Shown: one piece after another, positions 1 to 12,468 of the stretch
Layout: the number at the start of each line of letters is the position of its first letter
Position numbering within the stretch: the stretch's first letter is position 1
DNA from: Ramazzottius varieornatus
Taxonomy: Eukaryota > Animalia > Tardigrada
DNA: 64,000 bases
Assembly (NCBI GenBank): GCA_001949185.1
Contig: BDGG01000001.1
Location: forward strand, 7,886,149-7,950,148
Direction: 5' to 3'
Position numbers and translations under genes: made by a program
Notes under the pieces: model-generated
What the model saw: the letters and a program-made list of their open reading frames with translations, nothing else
The model's database searches: none
Told to the model about the DNA's origin: nothing

Positions 1-417
1 AATACCAATAAATATCCTGCCTCGGTCGAGGCATCTGATAAATGTTAATATAATATATTAAATGCTTTTTAGCATCTAATAAGTTCCAGTTTAAATAATA
101 TTTATATATGCCAACATCACCAGTACTGTACAGGCACCGCGGGGGTAACGCCGGGGCCCGGGGTTAGCGAAGCGGCTTCGCGGCTTGATTTTTGATTGGT
201 GAGGTGTTGCTGCATCGGCAGCATTGTCCACTACGACTTCCGGTCAGTGTTTCTCAGGTAAATTTTTACCGACGTACTTTGAGACGCCATAGCCGATTCA
301 GCCTGGCCTGCCACAAAACCAGTTATTCAATCAAATTCTAAATTCTAAACAGAAGTCAACCGAAATATGAGTTTATTCAAAAATTCAAGTCATTCGATTT
401 TTATTGTTATTTGCTCA

Positions 418-2497
418 CAAGGGATTAACACCAATCGGTTCCCTCTGACGAGATTCAGGTTGCGCAGTCTGATAGAGGACAGTTTCCTCCACAGATTGAG
501 CTAAACAAAAGGTCCTAAAAGAAAGCCTGAAATTAATTATGGGAAGAGGAAGTCAAGTACAAGTTTGCCGATGGTGACGTAAACGGCATGGCCAAATCAA
601 AACATTTGATTGTTTGGTAGTTGATTTGCTTTTGATTGAGTACTGCCCTGTACTGATCTTTTTCAGCCCTTAAGTGGCATCGTCTTTGAAAACTCAGTCA
701 ACCTTCGCAAGAGTCTTCCGTGAAACATGGACGCCGTCAACCCGATGAATGTTCTCAAGCTTCTCGGAGTGGACTATAGACAGACTTTCCAGCTTGACAA
801 TGCCCCAAGTGAAGCTGATAAGCTGTTGAAGGAAGTTAACAAGGGTAAGACTGATTATGTAACTCAAATCGAAAACATTGCTAAACACCATGTCGGAAGT
901 TGTTACTAACCTGTCACTGTCTAGGCTTAAATGACGAGAAGGTTGCAGGAACTGGCACACCTCTACGAGCAACCGAAGAAGATCTCCAGTGTGATCTGCA
1001 AATTGATCATGCAACGTTCGAGGATTTTAAGAAGTCTATCATTAGCTTCAACTTATTGAGTGCTCCCGACGAAGCGGAGTTCGATGACAACGTGACGACC
1101 AATACTTCTTCCAGCGGCACTGAACCTTCTTCACATGAACTGTTCGTTCCAACAATTCCAGATACAAGAGCCGGACCCAGTCAGATGATTTACTTGGACT
1201 ATAAGAAACGTTCGGTTGCGTTTTGGAGACACGCGACTTCGAAAAAACGACGCAGTCTTACAGCAGTCCAAAATCGATTTACAAGAGTAACCAGTGTCCG
1301 TCAATTGCAAGATTGGGAGAAGCATATGGAAGCGGGTGGTTCACGTGTGGACAAGCTGAATGCGCTTAGACTGGAAACTGGGAAGCAGTTCTTTTTGGCG
1401 AAGAAGAAGCATGTGGTCAAGGATCTGGATCTTCGGCGACGGGCACTTACAGCAAATCTGGCCGTGGGTTTGGAGAGTTCAAAGCGTCTCCTGACTGGAT
1501 TGGAAAACGAAAACGGTATATTTTCATATCCGTTTGCAGCGATAGATTTGTTATCTATCGTTAAAATTAATCAGTTAATTAATTATTTCAGATATTACAG
1601 TATTTGCGATCGAAAGCTCACGGAGTTTGTGACTGAAAAGTCCGTCAAGGAACTTCCAAAGGTGGAACAGAGCGCCGCCGACTGTGTAGCTCTCGTCCGA
1701 TCAAGGATCGCAGATTACGGACTGGACTGTCTGTGGAATGCGGATCAGTCAGGTTTTGAATATGAGATGAGACCTGGTCGTACGTTGGATATTTGTGGTG
1801 TTAAACACGTGGAAGCTATAACCCAGTCCGAAAACTCCATGACTCATAGTTACACCGTAATGATGACTGTTTCTCCTGAAAAGATGACTAAGAAGCTCTA
1901 CTTGGAATGGTGTGCTGAGGTCTTTTTTCCACATATGGTGGACCGGTGCATTCTGCTGGCTGGTTCCTGGACGACTTTCAACGATCAAGACTCGGTGATG
2001 GAACTCAAACCTGACAACTTGGAATACGAAATGCTTCGAATCCCGCCGAAAGTGACCGAAGATATTCAGCCTCTCGATGTTCTGTTTTTCAGAATGTACA
2101 ACGGATTCTTCAAAATGATTTCTAACTTCGTGATTCTGCACAACTCACCTATCCAAATGCATCACAGTTTGCGGTTGGTGCATTGGTTTGCGGTTGGTGC
2201 AAGGGTCCTCTTTGCTTCTCCCATTTCTACGATGTCTACCACCTCTGTGAACTATATATTCCTCTTTTTGTATTGACACTTGGCAGAGGTTTTCATACAG
2301 TGAGGACTGTAGATCAAAAAGCAAGATTGCCGTTTACGTCACCAGCGGCAAACTTGTACTTAACTTCCTCTTCCCATAATTAATTTCAGGATTTCTTTAG
2401 GACCTTTTGTTCAGCTCAATCTGTGGGGGAAACTGTCCTCTATCAGACTGCGCATCCTGAATCTCGTCAGAGGGAACCGATTGGCGTTAATACCTTG
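418..2497 (+). mobile_element. Tc5/Tc4-like DNA transposon (pogo-related DDE) with about 170-bp TIRs and a TCA target-site duplication
   Basis: The left end CAAGGGATTAACACCAATCGGTTCCCTCTGACGAG...GTAAACGGCA (418-~588) is the reverse complement of 2329-2497 (...GATTGGCGTTAATACCTTG) with few mismatches. It is flanked by TCA at 415-417 and 2498-2500. The empty site is C-TCA-G, matching the CTNAG target and CAAGG ends known for C. elegans Tc5. Confidence 0.9.
727..2276 (+). pseudogene. Degenerate Tc5-like DDE transposase
   Basis: Motifs WNADQSGFEYEM, HSYT and IPPKVTEDIQPLDV are present, with a C-terminal Cys/His cluster CGWCKGPLCFSHF in another frame. The second catalytic Asp position reads LLAGSW instead of LLxDSW. 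There are frameshifts near 900 and 2170 and a probable intron at about 1516-1590. Confidence 0.85.
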
Positions 2498-2656
2498 TCA
2501 GTTTACCGATACTCAGCACTTTCGGCAAGCCTTTCGGCAGGTCGGTGAAAGTTTATCTGAGAAACACTGCAAGTTCCGGTTTGAGTTCCATCGTCCCTTT
2601 CGGATCCTTCTCCTCTCTCTAACTTGTGAATTTACTTGGCCTACTGTTCCGCAAAG

Positions 2657-5551
2657 ATGGCTGAATTGACTATTCGAGTTTTGGAACTGTTGGCGCAGAA
2701 AGATGGCGAAATCAGCTCTGAGGAGATGGCTCAACAGCTGAACGAAGATCATCAACGTGTCATCGGAGCCATCAAGAGTCTACAAGGAGTGGGCGAGGAT
2801 CTTCTTCAAGTTAAGCAAGTCACCTCTACCCGATGGATGTTGACGGAAGAAGGGACAGAAATTACCAGGTGTGGCAGCCATGAGTACCGTGTTCTACAGA
2901 TGGTCAAAGCTGGTTATCAACACAAGGAGCAAATCGAGGTAGGAAACTTACTTCGTGTAAATCGACACATGACATCATAGTGTTACGGACGAATGCATGG
3001 CTTAGTGACGTCACTCTTACGAAGTGTTTGACGCCATGCGCGGGTACACTTGAGAGAGTGTAGTACTGATGCAATATTGCCTCATCCATATGTGATCGTT
3101 TCTTTTCGGTTGTAGAAGACTTTTGCGTATGGAGATGTGGGCCTGAAGAAAGCTCTGGCCCAGAAATGGATAGAGTACGACAAGAGTGCTGGAGGGAATG
3201 CTTTGCGAGTGACAGCGACGGGAATGGAAGCGGCAGTCGACCAGCTGTGCTTGGTGCTTCGTCGGCTGGAAACTGGCGACGGTGCGGAATCTCTATCTAA
3301 GCACGGGAAGAAAAACTTCGAGAAAGCCGTACTGGACTGCAAGAAACGTGGTCTGGTCGATAAGAGGTAGTTTTTCTCACTCCCGTTCAGCTGTATGTTT
3401 GTGCATCGGGAATATCGTTCGTTGGTGACGAAACGGGTCTTGTTTTGCAGAGATGTGGCCGTTTTCCTGGTGTCCAAAGGAACGAAATTTTCAACTTCTG
3501 TTAGTAAAGCCGAAGCCGATTTGACAGTCGAAATGCTAACCAAGTTGGTGAAGCCACTTTCGCAAAGCTCTTTACAATGGAACTGGAAAACGAAGTCGAC
3601 AAGATCATTTTTCGAGTGGCGCGCGCTCTCAGCGAGCAGCAGTGGTAGTGTGCGTCACTCACGAGTACAATGAAACTTGACAAGATGGTTTTCCCAGGTG
3701 GCGCACGTTTTGGCCAGTCGCCATGAAATCGTACGCCACTTGGTAAAGCAGTCTTCTACAGTACGTGCCGAGCTTCCGGTTTATTCAGATGTGTCGCCTG
3801 AAGAATTTGCGGATTTCACGTCTTCGATAGCTTCGTCAGCGATATTCCGTACAGAGTGTTCGCTGAAGGTTTGCAACGTCGGCTGACGGTAGTTGTGATC
3901 TTTTCTCAGAGATGGCTGGAAAGAAAAGAAATTCAAAGAATACAATTTCGATGCGTTGGGTGTCGCTCCTTCCGGCGGATATTATCATCCGCTAATGAAA
4001 GTTCGCTCGGAATTTCGACAAATCTTCCTGGAAATGGGGTTAAGTGTCACGTGTTGGCTTTCTCCCTCAATGCCAGTGTCTGATTTTTTCTTAATTGCAT
4101 TTGCAAAATACGGGATGTAATGGACTGACTTCTGCTGTTTTGTCATTGCAGATTTGTGGAAATGCCGACCAACAACTTCGTGGAAAGTTCTTTCTGGAAT
4201 TTTGATGCGCTGTTCGTACCGCAACAACATCCAGCTCGCGACGTCCAAGATACCTTCTTCGTTTCCGGTACACGTGCGAAAGCGATAAGAGGGTTCGATG
4301 AAAAACTCGTCCACACCGCTTCTTCAAGTGGCGCACGGTTCCAGTTAATAACACTGAAAACGTGCGTCACTTGGAGAGACAGAAGACAAATCCGACAAGA
4401 TTGCTTTGATAAGTGGTGCATGTTCTTCCTAATGACTCGAAGCGTGCGCCAATTGGGGAAAAGGTCTTGTCGATTCGCTTACCGAGCTCCCATTTGTGGT
4501 TTCGGTCGTTCGGGTGATTGAAACTTTTATTTCTGTTTGGTTGAAATACACGTTCGCATTCGTACCATCACTGGACCTGGCATATTCATCCTCCCCGATT
4601 TTCTGCGTCTGTTCAATGCGTATTTTATCTGTTGCAGATCCAGCTGAGACGACTCAGTTTCCCGAAAAGTACCTCGCAGAAGTGCGGAAAGTCCACACGG
4701 AAGGTGGATATGGGTCGACGGGCTACAATGTCCCCTTCGATATGAAAGAGACCCAGAAGAATATCTTGCGGACTCACACCACCGCTGTGTCAGCCCAGAT
4801 GCTCTATCGGCTAGCCCAACAGGTACGGACCATACAGCTCTCGCAAATGTGCTTTTTGAGTAGATCGTTCTGTTTCCGCAGAAAATCTTCCAACCGGCGA
4901 AGTACTTCAGCATCGACAGAGTCTTCCGCAACGAGAACCTCGACGCAACGCACTTGGCCGAATTCCACCAGATTGAAGGCGTGGTAGCTGACTACGATCT
5001 GTCCCTTGGACATCTGATCGGTATCCTGTACGCCTTCTTCCAAAAACTCGGCATTCAGAAGCTGCGCTTCAAACCTGCCTACAATCCTTACACGGAACCT
5101 AGCATGGAAATTTTCAGCTATCACGAAGGTGTGTGACGAAAGTATGCAGGTATAACTGGGAACTCGGCAGACAGACTCGACCAGATTTCTTTTCCAAGCG
5201 GCGCACATTCTCTGGATTAATGGCTGAGAAGGTGCGCCACTTGGGAAACCAATCTGGTCGAATTGTTTGGACGAGCTCCTAACTTATTGCGATGGCTTAG
5301 AGTTCACCATTGTTGTTGCTCTTGTTGTAGGATTGAAGAAATGGGTGGAAGTGGGCAATTCGGGCGTCTTCAGGCCGGAAATGCTGCTGCCGATGGGCCT
5401 ACCGGAGAACGTGGTGGTCATTGCATGGGGCTTGTCGCTGGAACGACCCACAATGATCAAATATGCAGTCGATAACATTCGTGATTTAGTTGGACATAAA
5501 GTCGATCTTGAGATGGTCCAGTCTAATCCCATATGCAGGCTGGACAAATGA
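2657..5551 (+). CDS. FARSA: Phenylalanine--tRNA ligase alpha subunit (cytoplasmic), 8 exons
   Basis: Exons 2657-2938, 3116-3366, 3451-3543, 3910-4038, 4152-4267, 4638-4822, 4882-5128 and 5331-5551 have GT-AG boundaries and join in frame. Diagnostic motifs: [118 protein letters not shown]. Confidence 0.97.
3575..3780. repeat. Foldback element family 1, two-unit copy in FARSA intron 3
   Basis: Inverted motif pairs at 3615-3624/3650-3659 and 3697-3706/3731-3740, preceded by GACAAGAT and ending GAGCTTCC. Boundaries are approximate. Confidence 0.75.
4285..4495. repeat. Foldback element family 1, two-unit copy in FARSA intron 5
   Basis: Motif pairs at 4327-4336/4362-4371 and 4412-4421/4444-4453. 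The right arm reads GGGAAAAGGTCTTGTCGA...CGAGCTCCC. Confidence 0.75.
5157..5282. repeat. Foldback element family 1, single-unit copy in FARSA intron 7
   Basis: TCGACCAGATTTCTTTTCCAAGCGGCGCAC-N25-GTGCGCCACTTGGGAAACCAATCTGGTCGA, extending outward to GGAACTCG / CGAGCTCC. Confidence 0.85.
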
Positions 5552-5953
5552 TTTTATTTTTTGGTTTTTACTCGATAATCTTTGAGCAAAAGATTGAAGT
5601 AAAGCTGGCTGTTTTGTGTACAACAGTTTGTTACTTTCTTGCCAGCGCTGCCTTGTGGATTCATTAGCTGGTAACCTTACTTTTGTCGTTCGATACTAAC
5701 CCTCATACACGCGAACCGATGACAACAAGTTTCAGAAACTCGACGGGTACTCGACCATGTGAATTTCAGACTGTAAAGTTCGGTAAAATCAAGCCGAAAT
5801 ACTGGTTACTTTTTGACACTATTATACAGCTGATTTACAGCTTTATGATTACAGTGTGATTTTGTAGCTAGTAACTGAATGTACTGTAGTTTAAACACCA
5901 GCCAAAGAATATGCTCTGGCTGCCTGTGCGGTTCCGTATGCTTGAGCTAAGTA

Positions 5954-6446
5954 CTGTAACCCTTCTAACATCTTTAGTACGTCACTCAAGTTAAATCTAC
6001 ATGTCGCGAAAAAAGAGAGTTTGCAGTGCTTCAAGCACGCCTACCACAGTGATCTCACAGTTACGTCAGATCTGACAATAGACTGCTGAAATAAGCTAAT
6101 TTCCAGTTTCCAAATTCCGAATGCGTTTTGAGAATCCCGGTTCACCACTGATCCTTGTTTCTGATCCTTGTTTCCTTGTGCCAGTTGAAGAACCGTCGGA
6201 AACTGAGCTGATACAGATTTCTCAATTTGCAGAAAATGTGGTTGGCTTCGACGATGATGTAAGCTGAACACTTTTTTACTTCCCGTCATTTCTCTCTACT
6301 CGGCTGATACTTCCATGTTTCCAACGTTTTTTATCTGTTGCTGAGGTTGCTCTGACGTAACTGTAATCTGACCAAGCGGTTGCCTTCGTAATGCTTCTCT
6401 TAAGCAAAAGACCAGTGACGTACTAAAGATGTTAGAAGGGTTACAG
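5954..6446. mobile_element. Non-autonomous TA-flanked TIR element (Tc1/mariner/pogo type)
   Basis: Perfect 33-bp TIR CTGTAACCCTTCTAACATCTTTAGTACGTCACT at both ends, with TA at 5952-5953 and 6447-6448. Confidence 0.85.
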
Positions 6447-6448
6447 TA

Positions 6449-6593
6449 CTGTAAAAACCCGCTGCGTCCGCGCATCACGTCATCGTACACGTGAAGTACA
6501 GATCCGGTCCGGCTTTACTGCCTGTTCAACCCCCTGCGGGGGTGCATCGTTACGTATGTGTACGTACTGCGCGGACGCAGCGGGTTTTTACAG
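6449..6593. mobile_element. MITE, TA-flanked (pogo/Tigger-like ends)
   Basis: Perfect 26-bp TIR CTGTAAAAACCCGCTGCGTCCGCGCA, with TA at 6447-6448 and 6594-6595. Confidence 0.85.
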
Positions 6594-9279
6594 TACTTGT
6601 ACTCAATGATTCATGAGCCGTTTACTGCATTGATATTTACCGCATTAATAGCTATCCTTACCTGGTGACCATATGCATGGTAACACATAGCATAGCTAAT
6701 CCTTACCGCACTCGGGCCTTGGCCTATTTTGCGTTTATGTCCGGTCTGGCAAGCTGAATATGTCAAGTGGCATCCACGCACACAAGTATCCGGAGATATT
6801 CCGATTTTGTTGAAGTGAAAAGCGTGGAAGGAAACTGGTTGACTATCAATTGGCCTTTTCTAGTGCTCTTCAGATAGATTCTGTCTGGTCATATCTTTGA
6901 TACCAGGACGAGAGTCGAAACTCTGCGATGATCAACACCCGAGGTCAGTGATACCAAGTGCGTCATATTCAAAGAGATTCAAATTTTAGCCTTCGTACCA
7001 GGAATGGATGAGTGGAAAATCTGGTTATAGATATCAGTTTCTCTCCATTTGAGTGGACCAATCATCTGTAGAGTTCAAGCTCTGTTGTGTGAATCATACA
7101 TGTCACACAACGGGAACCGTATGACTGAGTTCAAGTTTGTGTCTTTGGCGGACGTTTTACCGTGTTCGCAAAACCGCAAAATACCGAGGCATTCAATCTT
7201 GATTCAGGTACGAACCGAGCTGGTTACTGGTAAGTTTGGGTACGAGGGCCTAATTGTGAAGTTGAACGGCGTAGGCCGAGGTTGTAAACTTAGCGGTTCC
7301 TTGTAGAGCGTAGGCCTTTTGACGGTCTACTCCGAATATTCGGCGGCTAACTTTACAACTCCGACACCAGCCGGCTAATTTTACAACTTTGCTCTCGTTG
7401 GTCAAGTGGCATTTGCGTACACAAATCCTCAGCGCAACTGTAATTTTGTTGAGTTGGATACCACTCATACCAGTACACGTGAAGAGCCATGGCTGAGTAT
7501 TTATCGGGTAGGGTGCCTCTATAGTGCTATTCACACCGGTTCTGTCGGGCCATTACTTGGGACGGTAATTGAATTTTGAAGTGATCGGTTTTTGTGGCCC
7601 TAAGTGTCTTTAATTTAAATAGAGTAAATTCTCACCCTCCTTGCTGGGATTCGCTGAGTGGAATATCTGGTTATGTCTCTAGGCGGTGAAGGTCGAGCTC
7701 TTGCAGTACCTCTAGACTGGAAACGCGAGTGTGGGTCAGGGCATGTGGAATAAAATCCTGTAAGGACGTTGGGTTCAAATACTGAATTTTGGACACCGGG
7801 ATTTCTGCGATTGTTTACTGGGTGTTTTTGAGAACAGCACGAGAAGGCCGCAGTGCAGTGGCCGCGCCGGAGTTTTATAGCGAAGAAGCCGCCCTTGCCA
7901 CCATTGATGGACTGCGTAATTACAGCACGAGTCGATGAACAGAGTTCAGTCTACTTTGTTCAACTCTCGGTGTGGTCTCCTGTTAGGAGATCTGTTGTTG
8001 CTACTCCACTGTCGCCTCCTCATTCAACCATGTTAGGGATAGTAAAGTCGATCATAAGTACCTCAAGGTCTACGTGCTTCATTTTGGTCCGCCGATATCT
8101 ACTGAGTCTTTTTTCACAATTCACGCCCACCCACCCTCATGCGGGTCCGAGGCTTACGGACACATTAAATTTAGTCATCTTGCAAAAAGAGAGTCCACAT
8201 ATTTAGGACAGTCACGCGTTTCCAGCAGTACGAGCACGTCCACACTGAAACAGAAACCTTGACGGCAGCTGGTTTGCTATAAATGTTGACGATATTACGC
8301 AGACGAAATTTAATGAATCTGTCTGGTGGTGTCTGAACTTGCCGTGGTGTTCGCCCTATAGTTGCGTAATCAAACTGATACATCCCTTGGCCCCAATTAA
8401 TCGACCCTTCAAGCTCGAACTGGAGGCAAGACAATTGGGAATTTATCACGTGACCGCTGGCGTATGCTGCTGTTATTTTGTCACGCAGGGGAAAGCGATT
8501 TAGCTTGAGTACAAGTCACGAGTAACAGTAAGCCGAGTTTCGATCGAACGTCAAAGTAACACTTCGGTCGACCTGTCGCGAACGAATCGGTCACCGTTGA
8601 ATCGCATATCTTACGTCAGTAGTCGCAAAAACAGTGACGCAAGACAGGCGAAATTTACCAGTACCGACTAACTCCTGTTTTCGGGACCAAACAGCTGGAT
8701 TCCTCAAGTATTCTCGAGAGAAATTCAGAGAACAACAGAAAACAAAGGGGTATTATGTCTCCTGAGCATATGTATAGTATAAATCTCATGTATCTTTGAA
8801 AATACGAAAAACCAGTTCCACGGCTTGCTGCATAGAATGGCTTCGCATGGTCCATCCGAATGAAATCTATGAACACACACTCATACAGCAAAGGTGCAGC
8901 GCGATAGTTGTCCTACAATCTGTACTATGAGGCGGGTTAATAGAACTGAGTGCCCTGTGGCGCAACTTTGGTAATCCGAGTCGAAACAGTCGCCGCAGCA
9001 TTATGTTACGCGCTGGAAATTTGTTCGCCTTCATGCGCAGCCAGCTTACACGGAGGCGATTAACAATATACTGTAAATAACTCTGTATCTGTGCTTGTTA
9101 TTCGACACAATATACTTCACGATCTAGCGTTCAAGAAATGCGTCTATTTGATGCCTAAAACAACATACATTAATTATACAAGAGTAGAATGAGAGGTGAC
9201 AGTTTGTGTCCTTGCGATGAACCGTTTTTGCGATACAAAAATACCTTGCCTGATATTCAGGCGTGATGGTGTAGTTAAT

Positions 9280-11011
9280 CTAAAAGCCATAAGTGTAGTC
9301 TGAATCGAAAAGTACTGCATACCGAGGAGTACAAGCACCGTTTTGCGCTTGTGGGTTAGCCTGTCTGTCCAGGATTTCCTTTGCTTTGGCGATGAGACTA
9401 GTTAAGCTCTGTACAACGAAGTCGCAATTCTCCATAGCGTCACCTGATTCCGTCTCCAGACGTGCAGCGAGGTTATTCAGAGAGTCTTCCAGGTTTCTGC
9501 AACTGTTGACCACGCTAATGCGGAGTTCTCGGCCGTTGTCTGTCGGGGGCGAGGGGGGTACTGCGCAGTGGGAAACAGTCGCCGTAGGGCTGGTACCAAC
9601 TGATATCGGTTTGTCGGAAAGAGCAGCAGTCTCTGTAGCTTTGTCAGTTACCTGCACATGCCGCTGGCACTCAAGACAGGACAGGACCGTGGTTTCTCGA
9701 CTCTTAGCCTTCCTACAGCTGATTGTACTTGAATCTGTATGTCCGTCAAAGAGCTCGGTGAAACTTGCGAGAGAATTCGATCTTCCAGGTCGATCACGTT
9801 CGGGACCTGTTTGTTCCAACCCTGCTGTTATACCGGCAGGGGAGAATTCGGATAGAACTGGGGAAAAGTCCGTAGTTAGTTCGAGAAAATGATAGTCATC
9901 GTCCAAAGCGGCTGTTTCCGAAGATCGAGGAGAGATTGGTGAGAAAAGCTGGACGTTCTGATTAGCTTTCCCATAAAGTTTTACAGTGTCCTTTGTACAA
10001 CGGAACTCCTGCTGACTTGTGAAATCACGACTTTTGACGTCGTTCGATTGAAGTCTTTCTAACGACTGACTTGTGACAGGTACAAAATCGCAGGCAGGTG
10101 TTTCAACTGACGGAGGTGATAAGGTGGTTGAATCTGAGCGAGATTTCTGACGAATTGCAAGGGAACTGACAATCGTCCACGGGAAAGCAACGCTTTGGGT
10201 TGCCGCTGACAACCGGGACTGGGACGAAACCTCGAACTTGCTTCCAGAACTACTAGGGAAGGCCTGATCACCAAAGACACGGCGGACTAGAACAGCCAAG
10301 CTTCGCCTAGCTCTGGGCGATCTTTTCTTTTTGGTGGGTGGAAAACCAGCTTGATCACTTAGCGGTATATCGTTATCCTGGAGATACGAGGAAAAAGAGA
10401 CCGAAGGCTCCCTACTGGACGACTTTGTCCTCGACGATTTTGACCTTTTCGACCTGCTGCGCCGAAAGAACTTTTAGAGTATGTTTAGATATAACAGGTT
10501 TCGTTTCTCACCTTATTCTCTTTCGCCTCTCGTTTTTGAGATTTTGAGGAGTGGACGCCTGGCCAATCACTGCCTGGCTACCAACAAACGAAAACCTTTG
10601 ACCTCGGGAAGCTGTTTTCTTGCTCCGTTGGTCTTCCGCAACCGAAAGCTGAACAACCCCAGTTGGCGGTCCAACAGATAGACATTCGCCCACGTCCACT
10701 TCGGACTCCGGAAGACCAGGTGACATGGCATGGCGGACCTCCTCCAGAGAAGGAATGACGTTTAAGATACTGATTGACCACTCCCTATCGACGTGAGGTA
10801 GGTCTAAAGTTGGCGACATGGCATCAAGTTGCACATCCTGTATTGTCCTTTTGCTCATACGTTCTTTGGCCGATCCGGTTACGCCGTTTGACGTTTTCGA
10901 TGAAAACTTTCCGATTCCATGGCCATGAGGTTCGATTGCTACTACTGTCATGGTCTTCGGGTAGATGTGGATGCTTCCGTCGCAAACACCGCTCTGGACA
11001 TGCGGAGCCAT
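9280..11011 (-). CDS. Uncharacterised Ser-rich, largely disordered protein (about 557 aa) with basic NLS-like patches and a C-terminal amphipathic helix pair
   Basis: ORF 11011-10512 splices (AG|GTGAGA donor to a CAGCAG acceptor at 10454) in frame into 10453-9280. Basic patches are ERRKRIRSKRSK and PPTKKKRSPRARR, and the C-terminus reads LEDSLNNLAARLE..VVQSLTSLIAKAKEILD. The true start and any upstream exons are uncertain. Confidence 0.6.
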
Positions 11012-12468
11012 GTCAATACATTGATAAATAGCAAGTTCTTTGTCTGCCTTCCCCTTGAAACAGTATTTTTATCTGGAGTAAGAGCAAAAGGACCTCGACT
11101 TTGTATTTCGAAATTCAAAATAGAAAGGCGGATTTACCATCAGAATTTCCACTGTCCGGAGCTGTTTGAAGTTTGTTGGTAAGGTCTTTCACCAGGTTGC
11201 TGTCTTGTTTTCTTGTTGGTCGAAGGTGGGGTACAACAACTGCTTGAAAATGGAGCCCCTTCGTGTTGAGTACTCGTTCCAGAAGTATTCCAGAATATAC
11301 CGCCTGGCAATCAATTACGGAGCGTAATAATGACAAAAACGCGGCGAGTCTTCGTACGGACTTTTTCGCCGTATATCATGGGTCGCGTGGAAGACACGGA
11401 GATATAATCGGGAGCATAAGTAAGACAAACTTAATGTACTTATCTGTGGAGCGACATCGAGATCTAAACTTATTCTTCCGATCGTTGACGTCTTGTGGTG
11501 CACAAATTCGGATATCTTTGAACAAACTTTTTTGCCAAAAGTAGGGGGAAGATAATTCCACACCTATTCGTTCCGTTCTACTCATTTCGAAGTCGTTTCG
11601 AATCGGTTTGACATTGACGAACAAATACTCAGTCGACGGTACTGAATTTTCAAAACCACTGTACGCACTTGGCTCGAACTGACAAAATTTGCGCCATCTG
11701 TATGGATGTAGTTTTTGTGCAAGCAGCGAATTTCTATCGACAGCGGACTGGCGATACGTTGGTCAGTTACGCTGGTAGAGATCCATCAAGATACGCACTG
11801 CTGATGCGTCGAGCGGAGCGCATACGTCTGAGCGGCGAACGCTATCGCCCGGAAATTGCCGACGGCGCTTAAACGACCGCAGATGAGTGGCACGCATTTG
11901 AAGTGGCTAAATAAGTGCATGTGGTACAAAGTTCATATGAACCTTATAATGCTGTCGAGTTGCCAAGGCTGAGCGTGACAGCAATACAGAGTACCATTTT
12001 TACCCGACCTGATTAGTTGAAACTTTGGATCCAAGTCAAGCTAGATGTTATGGTCTCAACAACTTTCTATCCGACAAATTTCTGCTCAAGACTGCCACAA
12101 AATCCACTTTACGCGGTCTTTCCTGAAGCCAGCAAACCTTCGGTTCAAATCAGTATGTCCACCTGATGGATCGGAAGGTGAAGTCAATGACTGGATTCTG
12201 ACCACCGTCTGCGCTCCCAGAAGATACCAGCACAGCAAAACGGACCGGCTTAACCATCGGAAAGTCGAAACACCATCAGACATTCTAATCCATACTTCTC
12301 CCCAACCCTTGCCCAAGGTATGTTCCTCTTTTTCTGCTAATGGCCGTCTAACCTCATGACGCGAACGTACATTTACGAACTAACGAATTACAGCAGGCCG
12401 AACAGCAAACGGCGCAGCCGACCACGACGGAGGTACGCTGCCGGATGAACATTAGGAACAGCTTAACA

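Noticed and set aside
3544-5330. Introner-type elements creating the FARSA introns
   Set aside because: The foldback elements lie inside the introns, with unrelated sequence between element ends and splice sites.
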